Shown here in pieces: positions 1 to 8,735 of a DNA stretch of 64,000 bases. Source of the DNA: Pedobacter sp. (GTDB lineage Bacteria; Desulfobacterota; Desulfuromonadia; Desulfuromonadales; Syntrophotaleaceae); contig JBFWJC010000002.1 of assembly GCA_050253415.1 (NCBI GenBank), positions 256,001-320,000 on the forward strand, given 5' to 3'. Both the position numbers and the translations under genes were made by a program. Numbering within the stretch: position 1 is the stretch's first letter; each line of letters begins with the position of its first letter. The notes beneath the pieces were generated by a model. It was not told the origin of the DNA. It saw only the letters and a program-made list of their open reading frames with translations, and searched no databases.

Positions 1-20
1 TGCATATAAGCTGCCGCCGA

Positions 21-36
21 TGGCATGGATCATGCT
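21..36 (+). promoter_or_regulatory. Putative sigma54 -24/-12 promoter
   Basis: TGGCATGGATCATGCT has GG-N10-GC spacing and lies 50 nt upstream of the CDS at 87. Confidence 0.5.
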
Positions 37-86
37 TTTTACAAAGGGTTGTTTATTCTCTCTGCATTGCTTAAGGAGTATCAGAC

Positions 87-560
87 ATGAAGCGAATTCT
101 TCTTCTCTTGCTGGCCGCCGCGCTGATGGGCGCACCCTCTGTTCAGGCCTCCGATGTCGATTTCGGTATCGACTTGCACATCGGCAGTCACTCCAATGCA
201 CCGATCGTTGTACACGAACGACCGATGTTTCTAGCTCCGGCAGAGCTCGGTTTTCATGTCGCCGTGGGAGTGCCCTACGACATGTTCTTTGTCAGTGGCG
301 CCTATTATGTTTGCAGGGATAATCACTGGTACCGTGGCCCGAGCTACAATGGCCCCTGGCAGGGTGTCGGTCCCAAGCATCTGCCGCCCGGACTGGCCAA
401 AAAACGCTACCGCGAAATCATCAGCGCGAGGGATGCTGAGTATTCCCGCTACAAAAAAGACAAGCGGCATTACAAGGGCAAGCCCTATTATCCCGAGGAA
501 GACCGCGGTCGGGATTACGACGATCACGGGCATGGCAACGGCAAGAAAAACAAGCACTAA
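87..560 (+). CDS. Secreted hypothetical protein with PPGLAKK motif and His/Lys-rich tail
   Basis: AAGGAG RBS, signal peptide MKRILLLLLAAALMG..VQA, downstream hairpin. Confidence 0.8.
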   Translation: MKRILLLLLAAALMGAPSVQASDVDFGIDLHIGSHSNAPIVVHERPMFLAPAELGFHVAVGVPYDMFFVSGAYYVCRDNHWYRGPSYNGPWQGVGPKHLPPGLAKKRYREIISARDAEYSRYKKDKRHYKGKPYYPEEDRGRDYDDHGHGNGKKNKH

Positions 561-570
561 AGTTGATACA

Positions 571-605
571 CAAACGGGGAAGGGCGGCAACGCTCTTCCC
601 CGTTT
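571..605. terminator. Bidirectional intrinsic terminator
   Basis: AAACGGGGAAGGGCG-GCAA-CGCTCTTCCCCGTTT hairpin between convergent genes. Confidence 0.7.
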
Positions 606-660
606 ATTATTGTGCCTGCCGCAGGATTCTAAAGGCTTCGTCAGAGTTTCTTTTTACAGA

Positions 661-1044
661 TCACTCCCCACATTTTTCCTTCTTGGCGAAGGTCTTCATC
701 TTTTTCAAAAGACTGATGCCGTGCTCGCAGGCCGCGAAAGCATCGGCACTGTTGGGTGACGATACCGCAATCAGGGAGATAATCTCACCGGTCTTCAGGC
801 ACCCCAAGCGCCGGATAAGCAATGCATCTTCTATGATCCAGCGGCTTTTGAGATGTTCGATAATTCCGGCCATCTCACCTTCCATGTCGCCATTGCGGCA
901 ATACTCCACCCCTTTGGTTCCGGCCTCGTTATAAGGCGTTTCCTTAACCACGGCATAGTGCAGCAACACCGAACCGGCGGTGTTTTTGGTGAGCTTTTCG
1001 TACATTTCCTCGGGGCGAATCGGTTCCGTGACGACATAGACCAT
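661..1044 (-). CDS. moaE: Molybdopterin synthase catalytic subunit MoaE-like protein
   Basis: RRLGCLKTGE..LIAVSSP..AF.AC..LK..F.KKE pattern. Confidence 0.7.
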   Translation of the reverse strand: MVYVVTEPIRPEEMYEKLTKNTAGSVLLHYAVVKETPYNEAGTKGVEYCRNGDMEGEMAGIIEHLKSRWIIEDALLIRRLGCLKTGEIISLIAVSSPNSADAFAACEHGISLLKKMKTFAKKEKCGE

Positions 1045-1211
1045 GAGATCTGTCTCCTTTTGGGAAAATATTGAATAGCAGAAGGGCAGAATAATCTATT
1101 TTTCGTTATAACACCATGGGGATGACGAAGGGCTGCCCCGATCCGGTTGGTCGTAACCGTTGACTTGCCTTTAGGGTGGATCTATGTTGGAGAGAAGGTT
1201 TTAATTCTGTC

Positions 1212-1366
1212 TCACGCGAAGCCGCGAAGAACGCGAAGAAAGGCTATGCATAACCTGAAAGAATTGCCGATGACGCCTCTTGGTTATTGCCGCCATAAAC
1301 AGCTTGCTCCAGAACTGTTGAATTTGTTTTTGAATTAAAACTTCGCGCCTTCGCGTCTTCGCGTGA
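1212..1366. repeat. Inverted triplets of CGCGAAG/CTTCGCG flanking a 30-codon mini-ORF
   Basis: TCACGCGAAGCCGCGAAGAACGCGAAG (1212-1238) versus CTTCGCGCCTTCGCGTCTTCGCGTGA (1341-1366). Confidence 0.8.
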
Positions 1367-1430
1367 ACCAAGGTTGTGAATGGATTGAACAAGGGGGACT
1401 ATGCCCCATTTTATAGGGGAGATACCGCCA

Positions 1431-2216
1431 ATGCTAAAAATCCAAACAGTTGAACCGGCGCGTTGCGCCGAGTTGATCCGTCAGGCGCGCTCCGTGGTTG
1501 CACTTACCGGTGCAGGGATTTCCACGGCGGCAGGTATTCCCGATTTCCGGGGGCCGCAGGGTTTATACGTGACCCGGCGTTACGATCCCGAAAAGGTGTT
1601 CGATATCGGCTGGTTTCAATGTCACCCGCAGTATTTTTACGAATTCTCGCAGGATTTTGTCAGCACGGTCAAGGAGATCCAACCGACCTTTACCCATCGG
1701 TTTCTGGCTTCGTTGGAGAAGGTCGGGCGCCTGGCCGGGGTGATTACCCAGAATATCGACATCCTGCACCAATTGGCCGGCAGCCAAAAGGTTATCGAGC
1801 TGCACGGCTCCTACCGTTCAGGAACTTGTACCGTTTGCGGTAAACGGGATGAAGACCTCACTTATGCCTGGTGGGAGCAGGTCATGGCCACCAGCCCCAC
1901 GCCTCCGGTAGCGCTGTGTCCTGACTGCAATGGGGTACTCAAGCCAGACATCGTGTTTTTCGGCGAGATGGTCGACCATTTTGAGTCGGCGGAGCGGCTG
2001 GTAGGGCAGAGCGACCTGCTGCTGGTGCTCGGCTCCTCCCTCAAGGTCACTCCGGCATCGTTCCTTCCCTATCAGACCCAAGCGCCAACCGTGGTTGTCA
2101 ACCGTGGGAAGGTTGGCCTGCCGCCGACCTCCAACCGCTACTTCGTCGACGGCGATCTCGACGACTATTTCCGTCAGGTGGCGCACTGTCTGGGGCAGGG
2201 GGTAGAAGAAAAGTAG
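1431..2216 (+). CDS. cobB: NAD-dependent protein deacylase, sirtuin family
   Basis: GAGISTAAGIPDFRG, TQNID, ELHG, two CxxC, KPDIVFFGE; start approximate. Confidence 0.9.
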   Translation: MLKIQTVEPARCAELIRQARSVVALTGAGISTAAGIPDFRGPQGLYVTRRYDPEKVFDIGWFQCHPQYFYEFSQDFVSTVKEIQPTFTHRFLASLEKVGRLAGVITQNIDILHQLAGSQKVIELHGSYRSGTCTVCGKRDEDLTYAWWEQVMATSPTPPVALCPDCNGVLKPDIVFFGEMVDHFESAERLVGQSDLLLVLGSSLKVTPASFLPYQTQAPTVVVNRGKVGLPPTSNRYFVDGDLDDYFRQVAHCLGQGVEEK

Positions 2217-2550
2217 CTTGTCGATCCTTTGCCTTGCGGATTTATACCCTTGACGGAAACCTCACCAGGTAGTAGCGTAGAACATTGTTATGAAAATAAT
2301 TTTTTGTTTTCAAGATTCCATTCAGGTGGGGTAATGAATCGACAGCATGGCAGAAACAAGCGGTGCAACCACTCGGTGCTTTAACGGCGCGGGTGGTTTT
2401 TGTTTTTTTGGTACTCCCCATGCGCGTAAATTCAACAACCCGGCTATCCGTATTTGGCCGGGGCGATGCCTGTGTTTGGGTTGTAGATCCGAAAAGGTCC
2501 GGTTGCTCGGCGGGCACTAAACGTACGGGCAAGCAGGAAAGGTTAGTAGA

Positions 2551-5500
2551 ATGACACTGGTTCTCGAAGGAAGCGGGCACGATCAGGAGGCGCTGCAGCA
2601 GCTGCTGCAGGATCACGGGTACAGGGTTTCGCTGAGATGCGGCGATATCCCGGATGCGGCGGCCTTGCCCGAAACAGCCGAGGAGGATCTGCCGCTGGCC
2701 TTTATGCAACATTTCATCGACGGCGTCCTCATCGTGGATGTCGAAACCGTGGGGGTCAAATACGCCAATAACGCGTTTGCCGAAATGCTTGGCTACAGCC
2801 TGGAAGAAGTGCACCGGCAGAAGGTCTGGGACTGGGATGCCGTCTGGTCGCGGGAAGAAATCGAACGGATGTACGCGACACGAAACTGGATTGGGGAGCG
2901 TTTCGAGACCCGTCTTCGGCGCAAGGACGGCCAGCTGCTGGATGTGGACGTCAGCCATAAGCCGATCTCCTGGAGGGGCATGGAGGTTATCTTATGCGTG
3001 ATCAAGGATATCAGTGAACGCAAGAAAACCGAGCGCGTGCTGCATCTTACGCAATTCACCGTGGAAAAAGCCGATGTTCAGGCCCATTGGATGACTCCCG
3101 AAGGACGGTTTTTCTACGTCAACGAGGCGGCGTGCACCGCCCTGGGTTACAGCCGTGAAGAACTTGTAGGCATGCCGGTATGGGAAATTGATCCGAATAT
3201 TACCCGGGAAAACGCCATTGACTATTGGTGGCAACTGAAAGAAAAGGGTTCGATGCATTTTGAAAGCCTGCACCGGGCCAAAGATGGGCGCATCTACCCG
3301 GTGGAGGTTCGTGGCAATTACATCAATTTTGACGGTAAGGAATACAGTTGTGTTTTTGTCACGGATCTCAGCGCATGCAAGCAGGCGGAACAGCAATTGC
3401 GCCAGGCCAGCCTGGTGCTGGAAAACAGTCCTGCGGTCGTGTTTCGCTGGGGGGGGGCTGATGACTGGCCGGTGGAGATGGTTTCCCGAAACGTTACACA
3501 GTTCGGCTATACCCCGGAAGAACTTTTGTCCGGGGCCGTTCCTTTTGCTCAACTGGTTCATCCAGAGGACTTCGGTCGGATTACCGCCGAGGTGACAGAG
3601 CATGTCAGCCAGGGAAGAGACCGTTTCCAGCTGGAATACCGGGTTGTCACCAACAGGGGGGATATTCGCTGGGTTGACGACCGTACCGTTGTGGAGCGGG
3701 ATGACCAAGGGAGGGTAACCCACTATCAGGGCATCATCCTGGATATCACCGACCGCAAGCGGACCGAGCTCGTCATGGCGGCGCGCATGCGCCTGCTCCA
3801 GTTCGCTATTTCGCACACCCTGGCCGAACAGCTCGAAGCAACCCTGGACGAGGCGGAAAAGCTGACCGATAGCCAGATCGGCTTCTTTGTTTTTCTCGAT
3901 GCCGATCAGAAAACCCTCTCTCTGCAGAATTGGTCGACCCGAACCAAGCGGGAATTCTGTACGGCCCAAGGGAAGGGGTTGCACTATCCGGTGTCGCAGG
4001 CCGGGGTATGGGCCGACTGTCTTCACCAGCGTCGGCCAGTCATTCACAACGACTACGCCTCGCTCCCCCACCGCAAAGGCCTGCCGCCGGGGCATTCTCC
4101 GCTGATAAGGGAGCTGGTGGTGCCGGTTTTCCGCGGCGAGAACATCGTGGCCATCGTCGCGGTGGGCAACAAACCGCAGGACTACACCCAGCAGGACGTG
4201 GAAGCGGTTTCTCTTCTGGCCGATCTCGCCTGGGAGATCGCCGAGCGCAAGCATGCCGAAGAAGCGCTCCGCAAGTCGGAGTGCAAGTATCGATCGATTG
4301 TCGAACATGCCCCCTTCGGCATCACCCGCTCTACCCGGGAGGGCAAGCTGCTCAGCGTCAATCCGGCGCTCGCTTCTATCCTTAAGTTCGATTCGGAGCA
4401 GGAGTTGATGGAGACCGTCAACCTCTCCAGCATTCAGGATGAGTTTTTCCCAAAACCTGACGAGCGGGCTTCCCTGGTGGAAAAAATCCTCGCGCAGGAT
4501 TCCTGGTATGTTTTCAACAATCGTTTGCGCTGCAAGGACGGCAGTACGGTCACCTGCCGGGTCCATTCCCGGCGGATAGCGGATGAAAACGGTCAGGCCA
4601 GCGAATTCGAAAGTTTTCAGGAGAACATCACCGAACAGCTGGCAGCGGAGCAGGCTCTGCGGGAGAGCGAGGAGAAGTTCCGTGTGTTGGCGGAGACCTC
4701 GCCGGTGGCGATCTGCCTCTACCAGGAGGATCGACATATCTATGCCAATCCCGCCATGGAGCGGCTGTTCGGTTTCGACACCGACGAGTTCTGCCACATG
4801 AAAATCTGGGACATGGTCCATGGGGATTACAAGGACCTGGTTCGGGAACGGGGGCTTGCCCGCCTGGCGGGACAAAGCGTGCCCAGTCAATATGAATTCA
4901 AGTACTTGACCAAGGCCGGCGAGGAGCGCCATGTGCTGATTTCGGCCGGGACGATGGAATATCAGGGGCGCTCTACCGGGGTGGCGTCGTTTCTCGATAT
5001 CACAGAGCGCAAACGAACCGAGGAGCTGATTAGGGACTCGCTGGCGGAGAAGGAAGTGCTGCTCAAGGAGATTCACCATCGGGTGAAGAACAACCTGCAA
5101 GTGGTGTCGAGCCTGCTGTTCCTGCAGTCGCAGAAGTTCAACGATCCGGAGTTGCAGACCTGCTTCCTCGAAAGCCAGAGCCGCATCTGCTCCATGGCCC
5201 TGGCCCACGAGCAGCTTTATCAGTCGAAGAATCTGGCCGAAATCAGTATCAAGAGCTATGTGGAAAATCTGGTCGGTCAGCTGCAAGAGATCTTTCCTTC
5301 CCCAGACCAGGCGATCGACTGCCAGTTGACGGTGGAGGATCTTGAGCTCGATATCGCCAAAGTGGTTCCCTGCGGCCTGCTGATCACCGAGCTGCTGTCC
5401 AACGCTTACAAGCACGCCTTTGTAGATGGCCGCAGCGGGCAGGTAACGATTTCGATGAAGAACAGCGCCGGACAGATCGATCTGGCGGTGGCCGATAACG

Positions 5501-5646
5501 GGGTGGGGTGTCCAGCGGGATTCGATTATCGTCGGGCAAAAACCCTCGGCCTGCAGCTGGTGACGGCGCTGACCAACCAGCTCAATGGCACCCTGGAATT
5601 GGAGCGAGACAGCGGCACCCGCTTTCGGGTGTGCTTCGCTGGATAG
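2551..5646 (+). CDS. Multi-PAS/GAF sensor histidine kinase (HisKA_2/HWE type)
   Basis: Several PAS-PAC repeats, a GAF domain, EIHHRVKNNLQ H-box, ELLSNAYKHAF, DNGVG. Confidence 0.92.
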   Translation: MTLVLEGSGHDQEALQQLLQDHGYRVSLRCGDIPDAAALPETAEEDLPLAFMQHFIDGVLIVDVETVGVKYANNAFAEMLGYSLEEVHRQKVWDWDAVWSREEIERMYATRNWIGERFETRLRRKDGQLLDVDVSHKPISWRGMEVILCVIKDISERKKTERVLHLTQFTVEKADVQAHWMTPEGRFFYVNEAACTALGYSREELVGMPVWEIDPNITRENAIDYWWQLKEKGSMHFESLHRAKDGRIYPVEVRGNYINFDGKEYSCVFVTDLSACKQAEQQLRQASLVLENSPAVVFRWGGADDWPVEMVSRNVTQFGYTPEELLSGAVPFAQLVHPEDFGRITAEVTEHVSQGRDRFQLEYRVVTNRGDIRWVDDRTVVERDDQGRVTHYQGIILDITDRKRTELVMAARMRLLQFAISHTLAEQLEATLDEAEKLTDSQIGFFVFLDADQKTLSLQNWSTRTKREFCTAQGKGLHYPVSQAGVWADCLHQRRPVIHNDYASLPHRKGLPPGHSPLIRELVVPVFRGENIVAIVAVGNKPQDYTQQDVEAVSLLADLAWEIAERKHAEEALRKSECKYRSIVEHAPFGITRSTREGKLLSVNPALASILKFDSEQELMETVNLSSIQDEFFPKPDERASLVEKILAQDSWYVFNNRLRCKDGSTVTCRVHSRRIADENGQASEFESFQENITEQLAAEQALRESEEKFRVLAETSPVAICLYQEDRHIYANPAMERLFGFDTDEFCHMKIWDMVHGDYKDLVRERGLARLAGQSVPSQYEFKYLTKAGEERHVLISAGTMEYQGRSTGVASFLDITERKRTEELIRDSLAEKEVLLKEIHHRVKNNLQVVSSLLFLQSQKFNDPELQTCFLESQSRICSMALAHEQLYQSKNLAEISIKSYVENLVGQLQEIFPSPDQAIDCQLTVEDLELDIAKVVPCGLLITELLSNAYKHAFVDGRSGQVTISMKNSAGQIDLAVADNGVGCPAGFDYRRAKTLGLQLVTALTNQLNGTLELERDSGTRFRVCFAG

Positions 5647-6041
5647 ACGGTGGGTGGGCCGATGTATTAATCAAAAAAGAAAAGACGTCGAAGCTTTACG
5701 CCTTCAAGCACTCCTGGCGTTTTATTCGCTGGGGGTGAACTTCCGTGCCCTCGTTCTTCCTCCTCACATCCTGCCGCAAGGGCGCAAGGGACCAAGGTTG
5801 AATGTTTAGAACCCTGAACCACTGACAAATGACCAGTCACCAGTCACTGCCCTTATATCATTAGAAATCTTGACGAAATGGAGCTCTGACGTTAGTTTAG
5901 TGCGCGCTTATGAAATTGTATTACCTCGGGTATTTCTGATGTTCAGAGGATGGGGTGATTGTGCGAGGACTAAACGATTAACTTTAAAAGACCGCTCGAT
6001 GCCTGTGAGGCGTGGGTGGTCTTTTTGTTTATGGGGAAGAC

Positions 6042-6812
6042 ATGAGTTATCTACTTGTTTTAGGGGTTATATTCGTAGCCTTTGCGTTTATGGCGGCGCG
6101 CTTGAAGAAGCACTCTGCAAGTTCGTCGGAAGGTGTGCCCTATGAACCCCGGCAGGAATTATTCAGTCCGGCGGAGCGCTCCTTCTTCGGAGTTTTGGAG
6201 CAGGCGGTTGCCGGCCAGTTTCGCGTTATGGGCAAAATCCGCCTGGGGGATCTGATCCAGCCGGCCAAAGGTTTCTCGCACAGTCAACGCACCGGCGCCT
6301 GGAACCGCATTCACCAGAAACACGTCGACTTTGTCCTCTGTCAAACGGATACCCTGTCCGTAGCGGGGGTGGTGGAGCTGGACGATGCCTCCCATCAGCG
6401 TAAGGATCGAAGCGAACGGGATGCGTTTGTCGACAAAGTATTAAGCACCGCCGGTATTCCCATCGTGCATTTTACGGCACGCAAGGGCTATTCGATGCAG
6501 GAGGTTACGGCAAAGTTGAATGAGGTGCTTTCTCTACGTTTGGAGGCATGCGAACCGTTGGTTTTGTCGGTTGTCGCTCAAGAGGAGCAGGCATTGGTGG
6601 AAGAAGTTGCAGAGGCGGTGGTTGAGATTGTCGCTGAAAAGGAGTCTATTGAAATATCGCTTGATCAAGCAATGGAGCAGGGAGTTCCAATGTGTCCTGC
6701 CTGTAGTTCACCAATGCTTAAACGGCAGGCCAAAAAAGGGCCGAATGCCGGAAAATATTTTTGGGCGTGTTCGGCATTTCCGAAGTGTCGGAAGATTCAA
6801 GTTCTTGGGTAA
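6042..6812 (+). CDS. Membrane-anchored DUF2726-like protein with C-terminal topoisomerase-type C4 zinc ribbon
   Basis: N-terminal TM helix; LFSPAERSF, HVDFVLC, VELDDASH; CPAC..M..R..KG...G.YFW.CS.FPKC. Confidence 0.8.
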   Translation: MSYLLVLGVIFVAFAFMAARLKKHSASSSEGVPYEPRQELFSPAERSFFGVLEQAVAGQFRVMGKIRLGDLIQPAKGFSHSQRTGAWNRIHQKHVDFVLCQTDTLSVAGVVELDDASHQRKDRSERDAFVDKVLSTAGIPIVHFTARKGYSMQEVTAKLNEVLSLRLEACEPLVLSVVAQEEQALVEEVAEAVVEIVAEKESIEISLDQAMEQGVPMCPACSSPMLKRQAKKGPNAGKYFWACSAFPKCRKIQVLG

Positions 6813-7025
6813 GCAGGTTTATTTCTGAGATTTGGTTGCGAAATTGGCCTTTTAAAGCACTAAAGCAAGAACGATATATTGTATTTCAATGAGAGGTTAA
6901 AGCCCCGGAAACCCATAATTCACGCAAAATTTGTGATCTGTTCTTTTTTTATATATGCACTGGTCCTACTTTACTTAAGTCTCTATGAACCGACTCAGAA
7001 GAAACTCAAAAAACAGGAGTGGGAA

Positions 7026-7514
7026 ATGAGTGATATGATCAAAAATGTTTTCATAAGCCATCACCATAAAGATGATTCTAGTGTTGATGGTCTTACTGGT
7101 ATGCTTTCTGGCAAGGGATATCTTTTGAGGAATAGCTCTATTAGAGTTAAACCCAACAACCAAGTCCGACTTGATCAAAAAAAAGTTAGCGACCGCACAA
7201 TAGAGCGCCTTCTCAGGATGAAAATGAAGTGGGCTGGTCAATTAATTGTTGTTATTGGCAAAGAGACGCATAAAAGACCATGGGTGGATTGGGAAATTAA
7301 AGTTGCCCATCGACTTGGAAAGCCAATTATTGGTGTTTACGAAAACGGGCTAAAAGACGAGGTAGAAATTCCTGAAAATTTAAAGAATTATGCAACCTCA
7401 ATCGTTGGTTGGAGGTCTGAATCTATAATAAGTGCACTAAATGGTGAGGGTCAATTCCTAAACCCTGATGGGTCACCCTGTCAGAAAAAGGACGGGGGCT
7501 ATGTAACATGTTGA
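7026..7514 (+). CDS. ThsB-like TIR domain protein (TIR1)
   Basis: CAGGAG RBS; NVFISHHH.DD, LIVVIG.ET..RPWVDWEI (catalytic Glu), GKPIIGV. Confidence 0.85.
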   Translation: MSDMIKNVFISHHHKDDSSVDGLTGMLSGKGYLLRNSSIRVKPNNQVRLDQKKVSDRTIERLLRMKMKWAGQLIVVIGKETHKRPWVDWEIKVAHRLGKPIIGVYENGLKDEVEIPENLKNYATSIVGWRSESIISALNGEGQFLNPDGSPCQKKDGGYVTC

Positions 7515-8170
7515 TTGAACAAGACTCTTATTTGTATGCATATTCAATAACTAGAGACTTTGGCTTTGCGCCAAATCCGTTTCATGGCATCTGTACGCTG
7601 GCTACGTGTAAACCAGGTATCCGTAAAAGTGCTAATGTCGGGGACTGGGTCTTGGGTGTTGGAGGCAGCAAAATGCGGGACGCATCAAGGAAGTGTATAC
7701 TTCTTATGAAAATTACAAAGAAAATAAGCTTCCAAGAATATTGGGAAGATCCCAGTTACTCAATTAAAAAGTCTCTGCGCAACGGCAGTCGGGTTCGAAT
7801 GCTAGGCGACAACATTTACCACAAAGAGAGTAACGCGAATTGGGTTCAAGAAGACTCTCATCATAGTTGTCCGGATGGGACCATAAACCATGTAAATTTG
7901 GCTCGAGATACTAAGTCTGATAACGTTTTAATTTCAAATTATTTCCTGTATTTCGGTGATGCCGCAATCCCGCTTGATTTGCACTCAATTGGATATCATC
8001 GTATACGGGACTTCAAAAAGATCAAACTAACTTTAGGCAACAAGGGTAGAAACTTAATTGAGTCAGTTGTAAATGCACATCGCGGAAAGTTGAATATGGT
8101 AATTTCAGACCCCTGTCAGTTCAAGGATTCCCATAAACGAGTTGACCAAGCTACCGGAAAAATTTCATAG
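7508..8170 (+). CDS. Nucleotide-modification-associated domain 2 (Nmad2)-like protein
   Basis: Y.Y...D.GFAPNPFHG.CTLATCKP.IR..A..GDW, GDNIYH; start overlaps the TIR1 stop. Confidence 0.75.
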   Translation: MLIEQDSYLYAYSITRDFGFAPNPFHGICTLATCKPGIRKSANVGDWVLGVGGSKMRDASRKCILLMKITKKISFQEYWEDPSYSIKKSLRNGSRVRMLGDNIYHKESNANWVQEDSHHSCPDGTINHVNLARDTKSDNVLISNYFLYFGDAAIPLDLHSIGYHRIRDFKKIKLTLGNKGRNLIESVVNAHRGKLNMVISDPCQFKDSHKRVDQATGKIS

Positions 8171-8181
8171 GAGGTAAAGAT

Positions 8182-8735
8182 TTGTCAACCGTTCTCAGAA
8201 AATTTTCATTTCACACTTTAAAGATGATGGTGATGAAGTCGAAGCATTTACCAACTACTTCGCCAACACGCATTCCGTCTTTATTCCAAAGGTCTTGGAG
8301 GTGAATGACAATGATGATTTCATAAACAGAGACGACAAAGACTACGTCATGAGTCGCATCCGTGAGAAGTACTTGCAGGACAGCACAGAGACTATCGTCC
8401 TTTTAGGTAGTTGTACCCACAGCAGACGTTATGTTGACTTGGAGGTCAAAAGTTCACTCAGGGTCGGCCATTTCATTCCCAATGGCCTCATGGGGATTGC
8501 TCTTCCAAGTCGAAACAATCTTGCCCATTTGTCGCCAAGGCTTAAGGCTAATTGGAACTCTGACCATCACAACTGCTATTCTAGGTATTTGTCTTATCCA
8601 GGCTCTCCTGTTGAACTTGTAAGTTGGATCGAGGACGCCTATCTTGCGAGGACATCGTGTGCGCATTTGATTGCAAACACAAAAGATATGATGAGAAACA
8701 AAGGTAAGTGTAAAATTTGCGGGGTGACACACTAA
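8182..8735 (+). pseudogene. ThsB-like TIR protein (TIR2) with frameshift near the 5' end
   Basis: GGAGG plus TTG at 8182 reads MSTVLRK; TIR motif KIFISH..DD continues in the -1 frame from 8199, which has no start codon of its own before 8295. Confidence 0.75.

Noticed and set aside
1431..2216. Sirtuin as the ThsA-like effector of the TIR operon
   Set aside because: It is a classic Zn-binding CobB-type deacylase with host-like composition, about 5 kb away from the operon.
2992..5415. 807-aa minus-strand ORF
   Set aside because: Antisense shadow of the histidine kinase with no recognisable motifs. The same applies to other long shadows such as 28637-29794, 33526-34800 and 59077-60147.
6879..7025. 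TM extension on TIR1 from the ORF track
   Set aside because: A good RBS precedes ATG 7026; the upstream TTG-started stretch looks like AT-rich promoter sequence.
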